This document shows, one piece after another, positions 10,406 to 20,485 of a stretch of 64,000 nucleotides of DNA. Positions within the stretch are counted from its first letter, which is position 1. Each line of letters begins with the position of its first letter. The notes under the pieces are model-generated. The model was not told the DNA's origin. It saw only the letters and a list, made by a program, of their open reading frames with translations, and ran no database searches. Both the position numbers and the translations under genes were made by a program. This DNA comes from an uncultured Acidobacteriota bacterium (lineage in GTDB: Bacteria > Acidobacteriota > Terriglobia > UBA7540). Location of the stretch: NCBI GenBank assembly GCA_963804995.1, contig CAWDSK010000009.1, positions 256,001 through 320,000 on the forward strand, in the 5' to 3' direction.

Positions 10406-10718
10406 GCTTTATTGTTGCGTGGGATGAACTGAGGGAAGTAGGGCCTTCACCTTCGCCGCGAACCCTGCCCACTCTGAAATTAGTCGCTCCGGCAGCAAAC
10501 AGCACCACTACCGCTAACTAGGTGCTGTCCTAAATTTGGGCGTAGCGCCGCCATTTTGGCGGCACAGAATGCCGGCGCTACGGCCAACACAGTTGTCCAG
10601 CCATTTCCTGGACACTAAACTAGCAGACTCCGGGTTCGCCCCCCTATAATGGTGTCCCAGATGGGAAGGGGGCCACGCGCGTCCCATTCCGCCGCATCTA
10701 ACCCACGTGGGACTGGAC

Positions 10719-11561
10719 ATGCCATCGGGGTCGTCAATCCGTTCGCTTTTAGCCGGAGCGCTTTTGCTGGGTGCACTTGCTCTGCCCCGCGAGGCATGGG
10801 CGTCCCTCAAGCTCTTCCTGAAGGACGGCACTTTCCAGGTGGTCTCGTCATACGAAGTCCAGGGTGACCGGGTGCGCTACTACAGCGTGGAGCGCTCCGA
10901 CTGGGAGGAGATTCCAGCCGACCAGGTGGATTTCGCCGCCACCCAGCGCGCCCAGGAGGAGGAGAAGACCACCGCCAAGAAGCGCATCGAGGAGGCGAAG
11001 GAAATCGAGCAGCAGCGCTTCGAGAAACCGGTGAACCAGGGATTGGAAGTCGCGCCCGGCATCCATCTTCCCACCGAAGATGGGATTTACACGGTCGAGG
11101 GGCTGCGGCTGGTGCGCATGGTGCAGTCCTCCGGGGAAATGGTTACTGACAAGAAGCGGGCGGCGCTGGCCTTGGCCGTGCCTCTCCCGGTCATGAAGGC
11201 CCACTCCGTGGTGGTCCTCGACGGCGCGAAGGCGGCTGTGCGGATCGGCAACCCGCAGCCGGTCATCTACGTTCAGTCGGGTGACGGCCTGGGCGCGAAG
11301 GTCGAGTTGCTGCGCGTGAAGTCCTCGAAGGAGTCACGCGTGGTGGAGCAAGTGGAAACCAGCCGCGCGCCCGGTGGCAAACTGACGGAGCAGCGCACTG
11401 CGGTGCCGGTCGAGCGTACTCAGATCTCCCCCAGCCTCTATAAAATAAAACCCGTCCAATCGCTTGAGCCCGGCGAGTACGTGCTGGGTGAAATCATTCA
11501 GGAAAAACTCAACCTCGAGCTCTGGGATTTCGGCCTCGACAAGTGGGAATCGGTGAAGTGA
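10719..11561 (+). CDS. Exported hypothetical protein
   Basis: Long ORF with signal peptide (AWA-S), coiled linker and beta-rich C-terminus. Confidence 0.75.
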   Translation: MPSGSSIRSLLAGALLLGALALPREAWASLKLFLKDGTFQVVSSYEVQGDRVRYYSVERSDWEEIPADQVDFAATQRAQEEEKTTAKKRIEEAKEIEQQRFEKPVNQGLEVAPGIHLPTEDGIYTVEGLRLVRMVQSSGEMVTDKKRAALALAVPLPVMKAHSVVVLDGAKAAVRIGNPQPVIYVQSGDGLGAKVELLRVKSSKESRVVEQVETSRAPGGKLTEQRTAVPVERTQISPSLYKIKPVQSLEPGEYVLGEIIQEKLNLELWDFGLDKWESVK

Positions 11562-11690
11562 GAGACGGTGAAAGAATGTCTGTCTTAACCGCAGAGGCGC
11601 TGAGACGCAGAGAAAATCCCTTTGGCCTTCAAGCCTCTGCGCCTCCGCGCCTCTGCGGTGAGAAGCTTTACGCAACCCCCCGCCCTGAGA

Positions 11691-12809
11691 TCACCCCGCC
11701 ACTTCGGAATTAACGGCCTGGATGAGGGCTCGGATATAGCCATAGCCGAAGGCGTAGGACTGAAGGCCTTTGGGATCGTCGGGATGGCGCGGCATATGGT
11801 CGGGAAAGATGGAACCCGCGAATTGCGTGTCGCGCAGGATGCGCATCACCTCAAAAAAGTTCATCTCGCCCTCATCGGGAAAAACTTCCGCAAAGTCGTG
11901 GAGCCCGCCGCGAATGTTGCGCATATGAATCTGGTAAATCTTCCCGCGCTCCCCGAGGTATTGCACGATGGGCAGGATTTCCCGCTTCGGGTCCCGCAAT
12001 CCCTCCGCCGTGGTTCCCAGGCACAGTTGAAATCCGTTGTAGGGACTCTCCACAATCGATTCGTAGCGTTTAAGCGCGGCGAAGATTGACGGTGAATCCC
12101 AATTTTCAGCGCCCTGGTAACCCGGCGGCAATCCCGGGGGATCGTAAGGGTGGCAGGCCATGCGCACGCCGGTCTGCTTCGCCACCGGAATCACTTTCTC
12201 AAGAAAATAGCTGATGCGTTCCCAGTAATCTTCGGAGTCAACTTTGCCGGAGCGGACCACCGGCAAACTCTGCCAATTGTCTTCGAGCTTGAAACCCTCG
12301 TAAGTGGAGCCGCCTCGTCCCGGCGTGTGGGTGTTGCGACGGATGGGGATAACCGTCCAGTGGTAAGTAATGAACTTGACGCCGACCGCCGATGCTTTCT
12401 GAATGTTGGCAAGGATGGCGTCCAGGGTGCGGTCTCGTTGCGGACCCTTCGGCAGCGTGATGTAATCCGCGCTCATGCGTATGGCCTCAAGCTGGACGCC
12501 ATAGTGATCGCAATCGTCCTTCATCCTCTTGAGTTCGTCCAGACCCCACGCGCCCTCCGGGGAAGTTTTGGAGAGCTCTACCGTGAGGTGCTTGACTCCA
12601 TAGCGCAAGTTGTACTGGAGATTCTGCGCGGAGGTGATGCCGGACCCCGCCACGCTGTGGTAGTCGCCACCCACATGCATCAGAGTATTCTGCCGGGGCG
12701 CGCCCGCGATCTTTGCCGAAGCGCTCCCGCTGCTTAAAGATCCCGCCCAGCCGGCTCCCATCGCTCCGGTAACGAGTTTCCGTCCAAATTCTCTTCGTTT
12801 CATCGTCAT
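11691..12809 (-). CDS. Mannonate dehydratase (UxuA)-family protein with Tat signal
   Basis: KRREFG Tat motif; MACHPYDPP, IHMRNIRG, FPDEGEM, PDHMP and YAFGYGYIRAL. Confidence 0.85.
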   Translation of the reverse strand: MTMKRREFGRKLVTGAMGAGWAGSLSSGSASAKIAGAPRQNTLMHVGGDYHSVAGSGITSAQNLQYNLRYGVKHLTVELSKTSPEGAWGLDELKRMKDDCDHYGVQLEAIRMSADYITLPKGPQRDRTLDAILANIQKASAVGVKFITYHWTVIPIRRNTHTPGRGGSTYEGFKLEDNWQSLPVVRSGKVDSEDYWERISYFLEKVIPVAKQTGVRMACHPYDPPGLPPGYQGAENWDSPSIFAALKRYESIVESPYNGFQLCLGTTAEGLRDPKREILPIVQYLGERGKIYQIHMRNIRGGLHDFAEVFPDEGEMNFFEVMRILRDTQFAGSIFPDHMPRHPDDPKGLQSYAFGYGYIRALIQAVNSEVAG

Positions 12810-13010
12810 CCTGCTTCCCCAGGCTCAACCGGCGCCGGCGCGTGTTCCTGGGGCGCCACCGTCGGGCCTGCGCGCAAGTATCTTGTAAAGGGATGCCGAT
12901 TCTATGTCGCACGAATCAGGGTGTCAATCTGGCGACACCATGACTATCCGTTCCGAGCCGTGCCTGCCGAGACAGACGGCGCTTTCAAGCTCGACCCTCA
13001 CACCCGACAC

Positions 13011-13520
13011 TCACTGCGCGCGATAAACGTCGTGCCAGCCACCCGTGGGCAACACGGCTCCCAGGCCGGTTCCTACTGCCGCACCTACAAACCCTCCCAA
13101 CGCGGCACTGGCAGCATTGGTGCAGGATCCCTGCGCACATTTCCCTTGACCCAGTTCAGGGGAAGCAACACCGACCGCGACCCCGGCGCCGGCGCCGACC
13201 GCGAGGCCGATGAGCGCGTTCCGGCCGCGATGGCTCTTGCCTGGTGAGGAGACCCGGAGAATACTTTGGCGCTCGAACGTCTGGTCCCCTCCGCCCGTGC
13301 GGATCACCAAAGCCTCATCACTCACCGCTTGCAACTGCCCGGTGTAAGCTTTGGCGTCGTTCAGCACGACGCGGATTTGCTGGCCATTCGCCAATTCCTT
13401 GAGGCTTTCCCAATTGGCCTGAGTCGATTTGGGCTCCACCGCATGGGTGGGCGCGCTCCCCATGAAACCAATAACCAGGACCGTCATCCCTATTGCGAAG
13501 AAGTGTTTTCGACGATTCAT
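13011..13520 (-). CDS. Exported hypothetical protein with glycine-zipper C-terminus
   Basis: Signal peptide; paralogous to 13644-14102 (W..LK.L..GQ.I.VV; SHR.RN). Confidence 0.7.
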   Translation of the reverse strand: MNRRKHFFAIGMTVLVIGFMGSAPTHAVEPKSTQANWESLKELANGQQIRVVLNDAKAYTGQLQAVSDEALVIRTGGGDQTFERQSILRVSSPGKSHRGRNALIGLAVGAGAGVAVGVASPELGQGKCAQGSCTNAASAALGGFVGAAVGTGLGAVLPTGGWHDVYRAQ

Positions 13521-13643
13521 GTTCCACCTCCTGAAGATGTCAGGCTCTTGACCCTTCTCATACTCGTGGGTTGGGCGGACCGAGGGCAGCAATCAGGTTT
13601 GGTAATGACCGTCGTCGGTCCAGTTTTCGAGTACCCTGGGCGG

Positions 13644-14102
13644 CTACTTTTTGATTCGGTACACCGTTCGACTGCCGGGGATCATGCCCAGGGCGGCTCC
13701 GCCGCCGAAACCGGCCGCGATGGCAGCCGCACAGGCACCGCAACTATTGCCTTCGTTACTGCTGGCCCCCAGGGGTACAGCGGTTGCTGCTATGGCAATC
13801 CCGCCCGCAATGCCCGCTCCCAGCAGCATGTTACGCGTACGATGCGAAGTGTCGCGCACGCTGACGCGGACAACATCCGCCCGCTCAACCGTCACTTCGA
13901 TCTTCCCCTGCTGGAGCGCGATCGCCTGGTCAGTGAAGCTCACGAACTTTCCACTGAACGTTTTCATCTTTGCGTCTACGACTTCGACCTTTTGCCCCGG
14001 CTGCAACTGCTTGAGATTGTCCCAGGAATCCTTGGCCTCCTCGGCCAGGGTGAAAACGGGGACCAAAAGGATAATCAAGAAAGCCGTTACCATTCTTCTC
14101 AT
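13644..14102 (-). CDS. Exported hypothetical protein with glycine-zipper C-terminus
   Basis: AGGAGG RBS; signal peptide; paralog of the downstream gene. Confidence 0.75.
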   Translation of the reverse strand: MRRMVTAFLIILLVPVFTLAEEAKDSWDNLKQLQPGQKVEVVDAKMKTFSGKFVSFTDQAIALQQGKIEVTVERADVVRVSVRDTSHRTRNMLLGAGIAGGIAIAATAVPLGASSNEGNSCGACAAAIAAGFGGGAALGMIPGSRTVYRIKK

Positions 14103-14401
14103 GACTACCTCCTTAGGTGGGAAACGCTGGCGCCGCAGCGCCTTAGCTCGGAATAGGGCAGGCGGAAGGCCAAACGGCTTGGAGTGCTAACCCTCTGGTA
14201 AGTAAGGCCAAGTGAGGTGAGGCGGGCAGGAATAGCGGGCACACAGGAGCATGAATTTGCTGACACTAGAGGGTCGCGCTTGCGGCCAGGATCTCGAAAT
14301 CGCGCCTCAGTAGCCCTGGTGGGTACCTCCATAGGCTCCTTCTTCGCTGGTTAGCGTACTGACTGGGATAGGAGGGATAGACCGGACCAGTTCGTGGAAA
14401 A

Positions 14402-14737
14402 TCAGCGGCGTTGCTGATCGATCAATCGCAGGAGGCCGACGCCGGCGTGTCCAACAGGCACTGCGGCACGGGAGAAACCAGAAGGTAGGAAGATTAAGGA
14501 AAGCAAGCCCTTGCCAAAGGCCGAAGTTGCCCGTGGGTCAGGCGCGCCGGCGCGTGACGAAATTCCCTGCGGAGGCTGAACGTTGTATACCGCCACCTCA
14601 CCGTCGTTCGAGACATCGTCGCCCAGGCTCATACACTCGGGTACTTCGCGACCCATCACACCAATACACAGGAATAGGGTCACATACGCGAAGAATCGTC
14701 TGCACATGTGAGCAACCTTATTGGCCCGAAGGTACAC
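14402..14737 (-). CDS. Small hypothetical protein
   Basis: ORF with one hydrophobic segment; no recognised motif. Confidence 0.3.
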   Translation of the reverse strand: MYLRANKVAHMCRRFFAYVTLFLCIGVMGREVPECMSLGDDVSNDGEVAVYNVQPPQGISSRAGAPDPRATSAFGKGLLSLIFLPSGFSRAAVPVGHAGVGLLRLIDQQRR

Positions 14738-15014
14738 CTACAGAGGGTGCAAGTCAAGGCTCACATGAGCCAAGCCCTGTAATGGATTTCGAGTTCGAAT
14801 CCGTCAATGATCACTTGACACCTTGCGACACTCAAAAAGGATTTTGACCTCTAGGCGTGGTCTATTTCGCCCCTAACGGGGATCGCGCGGGATGGGGGCC
14901 CCGAAAATTGAAAATCCGCTGCCCATTGCATGTGCAGGCGGTCAGCCGTATGCTGGCGGTCGCCAAAGAATCGAACCAGGAAATTTCGGCCAATGCAATT
15001 GGAGCTTGGATCTC

Positions 15015-16013
15015 ATGAAGACAATCGTACTGGAAGAACCCGGCCGGTTCACGCTCACCGATACCGCGCCGCCGGGCAGGCCGGGACCGGGTGAAGTGCT
15101 GGTGAGGGTATTGACGGTCGGCATCTGCGGCACCGATCTCCACGCCTTCGAAGGCACGCAGCCGTTTTTTAGATACCCGCGCATTCTCGGGCATGAGCTT
15201 GCCGTGGAAGTGGTTGAGACGGGCGACGGCGTCAGCGACTTCAAGCCCGGTGACCGCTGTGCGGTGAACCCCTACCTGACCTGCGGTGAGTGCGCGGCTT
15301 GTGTGCGCGGGCGGACGAACTGCTGCGCGAAGATGTGCGTGATCGGGGTCCACAGCGATGGCGGCATGCGCGATCGCATTCTGCTACCGGCGAAACAGAT
15401 GTACAAGTGTGAGAAGCTGCCGCCGAAACACCTTCCGCTGGTGGAGACGCTGGCCGTCGGCATCCACGCCGTAGGGCGGGCGGCGGCACAGCGGGGCGAG
15501 CGCGCCATCGTCGTGGGCGCCGGTCCCATCGGGCTATCGGTGCTCGAGTTTTTGCGGCTCGCGGGCGCTGATATCGCCGTGGTGGAGAAGTTGCCGGAGC
15601 GGCTCACCTTCGCGGCCCGCCACAATGGCTTGAAACGCTATTATCCCTCCCACCAGGAAGCGCGGCAGGAAGAGCCGTCCATGCTGGTGTTCGATTGCAC
15701 CGGCGACCGCGGCTCCATGGAGCAATCCCTTAACCTGCTCCAGCAGGGTGGCAAGTTGATCTTCGTAGGCCTGGTCAACGATCACGTTTCCTTGTTCGAC
15801 CCGGACATCCACCGCCGCGAGGCTACCATCCTGTCGAGCCGCAACAGCACTGCGGCTGACCAGCATCGTGTGCTCCAATCAATGGAAAGCGGGCAGGTTG
15901 ATGTCGGGACGTGGCCCACCGAGTTCGCCACCCTCACCCTTATGCCCCAGCGCTTTCCAGCCTGGCTGCATCGCGAGGCCGGCGTGGTCAAGGCGGTGGT
16001 CGACTGGTCGTGA
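15015..16013 (+). CDS. Zn-dependent alcohol dehydrogenase (sugar-acid dehydrogenase-like)
   Basis: GICGTDLH, GHE, CGECAAC..C and VVGAGPIG. Confidence 0.9.
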   Translation: MKTIVLEEPGRFTLTDTAPPGRPGPGEVLVRVLTVGICGTDLHAFEGTQPFFRYPRILGHELAVEVVETGDGVSDFKPGDRCAVNPYLTCGECAACVRGRTNCCAKMCVIGVHSDGGMRDRILLPAKQMYKCEKLPPKHLPLVETLAVGIHAVGRAAAQRGERAIVVGAGPIGLSVLEFLRLAGADIAVVEKLPERLTFAARHNGLKRYYPSHQEARQEEPSMLVFDCTGDRGSMEQSLNLLQQGGKLIFVGLVNDHVSLFDPDIHRREATILSSRNSTAADQHRVLQSMESGQVDVGTWPTEFATLTLMPQRFPAWLHREAGVVKAVVDWS

Positions 16014-16089
16014 TGGCCTCTTTGCCAACGCTACGTTCGCTCACATGACGCACAAAGACCCGTCCGGATGCATCCGGCCGCCACGCTTG

Positions 16090-16404
16090 CTACCAGTGAA
16101 TCAGATTGTCCGGGTCTTCCACCAAGACCATTTCGTGCTGTTCCAACATGGGCAGCAGCACGTCCTCCAGCTCGCGCTTCCAGACTTCCCCGTCATAGAA
16201 CTTCGCTCTCATCCGCTCACGCGAGGAGAGGTCAGGGAAGCCGCGCATCCAAAAGAAGGTGTCAGGATCTTCGAGGGAAAGAAAAGGACCCAATACTTTC
16301 ATCCCGATTTCCACGTGCGCCGGGATCGCCTTGGAGCAGAATACCTCCAGGAACCGGGCGCGGCTGCCGGGCTTAGTTTTGTACGTCCTCATTTCGATGA
16401 CCAT
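16090..16404 (-). CDS. NIPSNAP-family protein
   Basis: EMRTYKTKPG..F..FFWMRGFPD pattern; GGAGG RBS. Confidence 0.8.
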   Translation of the reverse strand: MVIEMRTYKTKPGSRARFLEVFCSKAIPAHVEIGMKVLGPFLSLEDPDTFFWMRGFPDLSSRERMRAKFYDGEVWKRELEDVLLPMLEQHEMVLVEDPDNLIHW

Positions 16405-16909
16405 TTGAACGCCTCCTCCCACAGACTTGCGCAATCGGCGCAAAAGGTCAAGCCAGTGTAGCGCGGCATGGTTCGTAGCGCGGTCCCCCGGTATTGGGGT
16501 CCGCGGTTCTTCATTTCGAAAATCTGCAAATCTCCAACCCAGGCGGCTTCTTCGCCATGGCACATTTGCTCAATCGGTGCACGAAGAACCGCCCCGAAGC
16601 GTCGGGGCGCTACTCTAGCTTGCCGCTGGGATTTCGGGCATGAGGAAAGCCCACGGTCAGAAAAACGCTGACCGTGGCTACCCACCCCTTCGCCACGATT
16701 CATTTGCTCACATTGCGCAGGAAGAACCGCCCCGATTTGAGCCCTAACCCTCGCCCCTTTGGGGGAGAGGGTGGACCGCAGCCGGCGTCTTCATCAGCCG
16801 GGGCGGGACGGGTGAGGGGGTCACACAACAACCAAGTGAGGAACAAGCAAACGTCGGCGAAAACAAAGAACCGTCCCGATGCCTCGGGGTGCTACCTCAC
16901 ACCACGCAC

Positions 16910-17257
16910 TCAGTCTTCGACGAACGCCTTCAACCTGGACAGTGCCTGGTCCCATTGCGCCGAGACGAAATCGAGGTATTCCTTAATCTCCGCCATCGGC
17001 TTCGGGTCAAATTCGAATAGGCTCTCGCGACCCATACGGACGCTGTGCACGATCCCTGCTCTCTCCAACACGCGGAGATGCTTGGTAATCGCCTGCCGGG
17101 TCAGCTTGGAACCCCCCGTTAGCTGAGAAATCGAACAAGGCCGCCCTCTACTGAGCTTCGCCACTAGCGAGAGCCGTGTCTTGTGCCCCAGCGCCACAAA
17201 CGCCGGGACGCGAGCCTGCCGCTTGAGGGCCGTCCTGCTATGACGTTTGGGCGACAT
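16910..17257 (-). CDS. ArsR/SmtB-family transcriptional regulator
   Basis: FVALGHKTRL..LTRQAITKHLRVLERAGIV..GRE. Confidence 0.9.
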   Translation of the reverse strand: MSPKRHSRTALKRQARVPAFVALGHKTRLSLVAKLSRGRPCSISQLTGGSKLTRQAITKHLRVLERAGIVHSVRMGRESLFEFDPKPMAEIKEYLDFVSAQWDQALSRLKAFVED

Positions 17258-17690
17258 GTTTTTCAATGTTCTTCATCTGCTCTGTCCAACCACCGTCGTT
17301 CATGCGGAAGGCTTCAGCGCGGCGGTCGCTCGGGATCTGGTCGAAGCCGGACTCGGTGAGCAGAAGCAAGGTGCCGCCGGCAATCTTCTCCAGCCTGAAT
17401 TCGACGAGGGTGGGCGTCTCTTTTGAGTAATCTATTTTGGGATCGACGGAAAAAGGATGCCAGGTAAAGGAAAACAGCCGTTCGGGCTCCATCTTCTGCA
17501 CGACCGCCTCCCATTTGACGTGCTCATAGCCAGGATAGGTAATGTGGCCGCGCGAGACCTGACCCGGCACGAAGGGGCCGTCCAGTTTCACCCGGAACCA
17601 CTCGCCAAACTCGCGGTAGTCCGTCAGGGCCCGCCAGACCCGTGAAACCGGCGCCTTGAGTTCAATGCGCTTCTCAATTTGATGGTCCAT
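17238..17690 (-). CDS. SRPBCC/AHSA1-family protein
   Basis: IELKAPVSRVWRALTD..W, FSFTW, TESGF, GW. Confidence 0.9.
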   Translation of the reverse strand: MDHQIEKRIELKAPVSRVWRALTDYREFGEWFRVKLDGPFVPGQVSRGHITYPGYEHVKWEAVVQKMEPERLFSFTWHPFSVDPKIDYSKETPTLVEFRLEKIAGGTLLLLTESGFDQIPSDRRAEAFRMNDGGWTEQMKNIEKHVAQTS

Positions 17691-17695
17691 GATAC

Positions 17696-17754
17696 GCAAC
17701 CTCCCGGTTGCATATTAACACCCCGTAACTCGACATGCAACCCCATGGTTGCAT
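17696..17754. promoter_or_regulatory. Two palindromic operators GCAACC-N4-GGTTGC (probable ArsR sites)
   Basis: GCAACCTCCCGGTTGC (17696-17711) and ATGCAACCCCATGGTTGCAT (17735-17754), directly upstream of the SRPBCC-arsR operon. Confidence 0.7.
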
Positions 17755-18130
17755 TTTGTATCGAGGGTAGCGCGCTCCCCCGCTCTTTGGGGTCCGCGGT
17801 TCTTCGTCTGCAAAAACCACAAATCTCAGGCTTAGGCGGCCGCTTCGCCACGCTACATTCGCTCATAGAGTGCAGGAAGAACCGCAGACCTCAACGAGAA
17901 GCCGTGAAGAAATCCCTGAACGAGCAAAAGCATCTCGCGCAGAGACGCAGAGGCGCAGAGGCCGAAAGGAACGAAGAAGTTATCTATTTCAAATCTCTGC
18001 GCCTCAGCGGCTCGGCGCGGGATTGTCTATTCTTTTCACAGCTTCCGACGGAGGTCTGCGTTACACTCGCCCACCCCTGTTACCCGTCCGGGCGGGTAAG
18101 GTATAATCGCGCTCTCAGGGGGAGACTTCC

Positions 18131-19423
18131 ATGGCAACTCGACCTTCTCGCCGCAGCCGGCGGAGTTTTCTGCAAATGGCTGGCGCGGGATCTTGTCTTG
18201 CCAGCGTGGGAATCCCTGGGGCAGCCGCCGGGAGCGCAGCAGGACCATCTATGGACAACATTTACGCGGAATTGGGTGTACGAACTTTGATCAACGGGCG
18301 CGGGGTCGCCACGTTTTATTCCGGCACCCTGATGCCGCCGGAAGTGAAGCAAGCGATGGAGCGGGCGTCCGAGCACTATATTGAAATCGTCGCGTTGCAG
18401 AAAGCCGTGGGTGCGCGCCTGGCTCATTATGCCGGGACGGAGGCCGGGATGGTGTGCAGCGGCTCGGCGGCATGCATCGCTCAGGCCACGGCGGGGTGCG
18501 TTGCCGGGACCGATCCCGACAAAATCAGCCGCCTGCCGGACACGGACGGGATGAAGAATGAAGTGATCATCACGCAACGCAGCGTGTGGGACCGCTCGAT
18601 TGCCCTGGCCGGCGCAAAGCTGGTGGTGGTCGAAAGCCGCCAGGAACTTGAGCGCGCCATCAACACCAACACGGCGATGATGGAGATGGAATATGGCGAC
18701 GAACGGACCGTCAGCGTGAAAGACGCCATTGCCGTCTGCAAGTCGCGGGGCGTGCCTTTCCTGCTGGACGCCGCGGTGGCATGCCCGCCGTTTGAGCGGT
18801 TGCTCGACCTCGGGCGCATGGGGGCGGACCTGTTCTGCGTCAGCGGTGGCAAGGGCCTGTTTGGACCGCAATGCAGCGGAATCCTGTTTGGCCGGAAAGA
18901 TTTGATTGAAGCCGCGCTGCGCAATGGCTCACCCTATGAGGGAGCGCTTTGCCGTCCCATGAAGGTGGGCAAAGAGGAGATCGTCGGCGCCCTGGCGGCG
19001 GTGGAATGGTTGTCGAAGCGCGATTACAAAGCGGATTGCCTGGTGTGGCGGAGCCGCTTGCAGCACATTGTGGATGCGCTGGCCGCGGTCCCCGGAGTGC
19101 GCGCCCAAATCTACACTCGCACTATTGGGAATGAGGTGCCCTATCTGGCCTTGAGTTGGGATGAGCGGGCCTTCAAATTCAGCGGGCAGGATTGCATCGA
19201 CGCCTTGCGGACGGGCGACCCTCAAATTGCGGTCATGGGCGGCACGTTCCGCGAAGTGGTCCAACCCAGCGCCGCCCCGCCATTCAAAGAACTGCAACAC
19301 CCCGGCGAGCCCGACCGGTTGCTCGCCATTGCCTCCAACACCCTACAGGCCGGTGAGGAGAAGATCGTAGCGCGGCGCTTGTTGGAGATACTGGAGCCCG
19401 TAGCGAAGCGGGCCCGTTCCTGA
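18131..19423 (+). CDS. SelA-like PLP enzyme (DgaE / D-glucosaminate-6-P ammonia-lyase family) with Tat signal
   Basis: SRRSFL; LGVRTLING, LLDAA, SGGKGLFGPQ (PLP Lys), RPMKVGKEEIVG. Confidence 0.8.
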   Translation: MATRPSRRSRRSFLQMAGAGSCLASVGIPGAAAGSAAGPSMDNIYAELGVRTLINGRGVATFYSGTLMPPEVKQAMERASEHYIEIVALQKAVGARLAHYAGTEAGMVCSGSAACIAQATAGCVAGTDPDKISRLPDTDGMKNEVIITQRSVWDRSIALAGAKLVVVESRQELERAINTNTAMMEMEYGDERTVSVKDAIAVCKSRGVPFLLDAAVACPPFERLLDLGRMGADLFCVSGGKGLFGPQCSGILFGRKDLIEAALRNGSPYEGALCRPMKVGKEEIVGALAAVEWLSKRDYKADCLVWRSRLQHIVDALAAVPGVRAQIYTRTIGNEVPYLALSWDERAFKFSGQDCIDALRTGDPQIAVMGGTFREVVQPSAAPPFKELQHPGEPDRLLAIASNTLQAGEEKIVARRLLEILEPVAKRARS

Positions 19424-19452
19424 CGCCTGCTAAAGCGCTGCGCACGCTCTCC

Positions 19453-20424
19453 TCACAGCGGCACCGAGTGCTTCCGGACATAATCCTCCACGTCCGATTC
19501 ATCGGGCGGAATGTAATGGAAGTACTCCGCGTATTCCAGGCCGTGCGCCTGCCCTCTTATGCGGTCGTAAGCCAAAACGAATTCTTTCGTGTATTGACGA
19601 TTGGCGGTTTCATCATCGTCACCGAGCAGGGGCAGCTTGCGGCCCTGCGCTGCGAGCTTTTTGCGTAACTGCGCCCCGGTGTTGCCCGCGGGGCCTTGCG
19701 TGACATTCGCCAGGTTGGCGTAAACCTTCTGATCGATGTAGGCGCTGATGTCGACCACGCGGTTTACCAGTTGCGGCCCCCGCGCGAAGTAGTATTTCTC
19801 CTGCGGATGGTGCGGCGTGAGCCCCGCCTTGAAGTGCTCGGGATAATCCCATTCGGAGCCAGCCATCCAGCAGGCCGTCTCAACGGCTTGAGCGGTGACG
19901 GTGTGATCAGGATTCCTTTCGTACAAAACCGAAGGGTCGTAGACCAGAACCGTATCGACCTTCAGGAGGCGGAAGAGAAAGATCAAGCGCGCGCGGATTT
20001 CCAGAATCGACCAGCCGTCCATGTTGTGGTTGGGATAGTTTAGGAAGTAGGTTTCTGTAATTCCCAGGCGACGAGCCATCTCCTTCGTATCGCGCTCGTT
20101 TTTGAAAACGATATCGCCAATCGACGAGCCCTCACCCGCCATCGAATCATTGGACATGGTTATCAGCACGCCGCGGTAGCCCTCCGCCAGAAGCTTCAGC
20201 ACCGTGCCACCGGCGAAGATGGGAATATCATCGCAATGCGGCTGGATTGCCGCCAGAACCTTACCCTTGTGAGGTTGCCCGGGCCGCGGGCGTTCAATTG
20301 TGACGTCGACCGTGAACGAGGTGCCCGCCGTGCCGTTCGCCTGGAGCTCGCGTTGCACCTGCCCAGGGCCCGCGGTCAGAATCCCTGCTGAGACTGAACT
20401 GCCAAGGAACTCTCTTCGTCGCAT
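19453..20424 (-). CDS. PIG-L family deacetylase with Tat signal
   Basis: RRREFL; PHCDD and NPDH motifs. Confidence 0.85.
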   Translation of the reverse strand: MRRREFLGSSVSAGILTAGPGQVQRELQANGTAGTSFTVDVTIERPRPGQPHKGKVLAAIQPHCDDIPIFAGGTVLKLLAEGYRGVLITMSNDSMAGEGSSIGDIVFKNERDTKEMARRLGITETYFLNYPNHNMDGWSILEIRARLIFLFRLLKVDTVLVYDPSVLYERNPDHTVTAQAVETACWMAGSEWDYPEHFKAGLTPHHPQEKYYFARGPQLVNRVVDISAYIDQKVYANLANVTQGPAGNTGAQLRKKLAAQGRKLPLLGDDDETANRQYTKEFVLAYDRIRGQAHGLEYAEYFHYIPPDESDVEDYVRKHSVPL

Positions 20425-20485
20425 CTTATCTGCCTCCTAAGAACAGTTATTCCAACCTGTAAATGGAGTGATTCGAAGTCAACCC

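Noticed and set aside
18131..19423. Calling this gene selA
   Set aside because: It has a Tat signal and DgaE-like motifs; the canonical selA is at 42206-43619.
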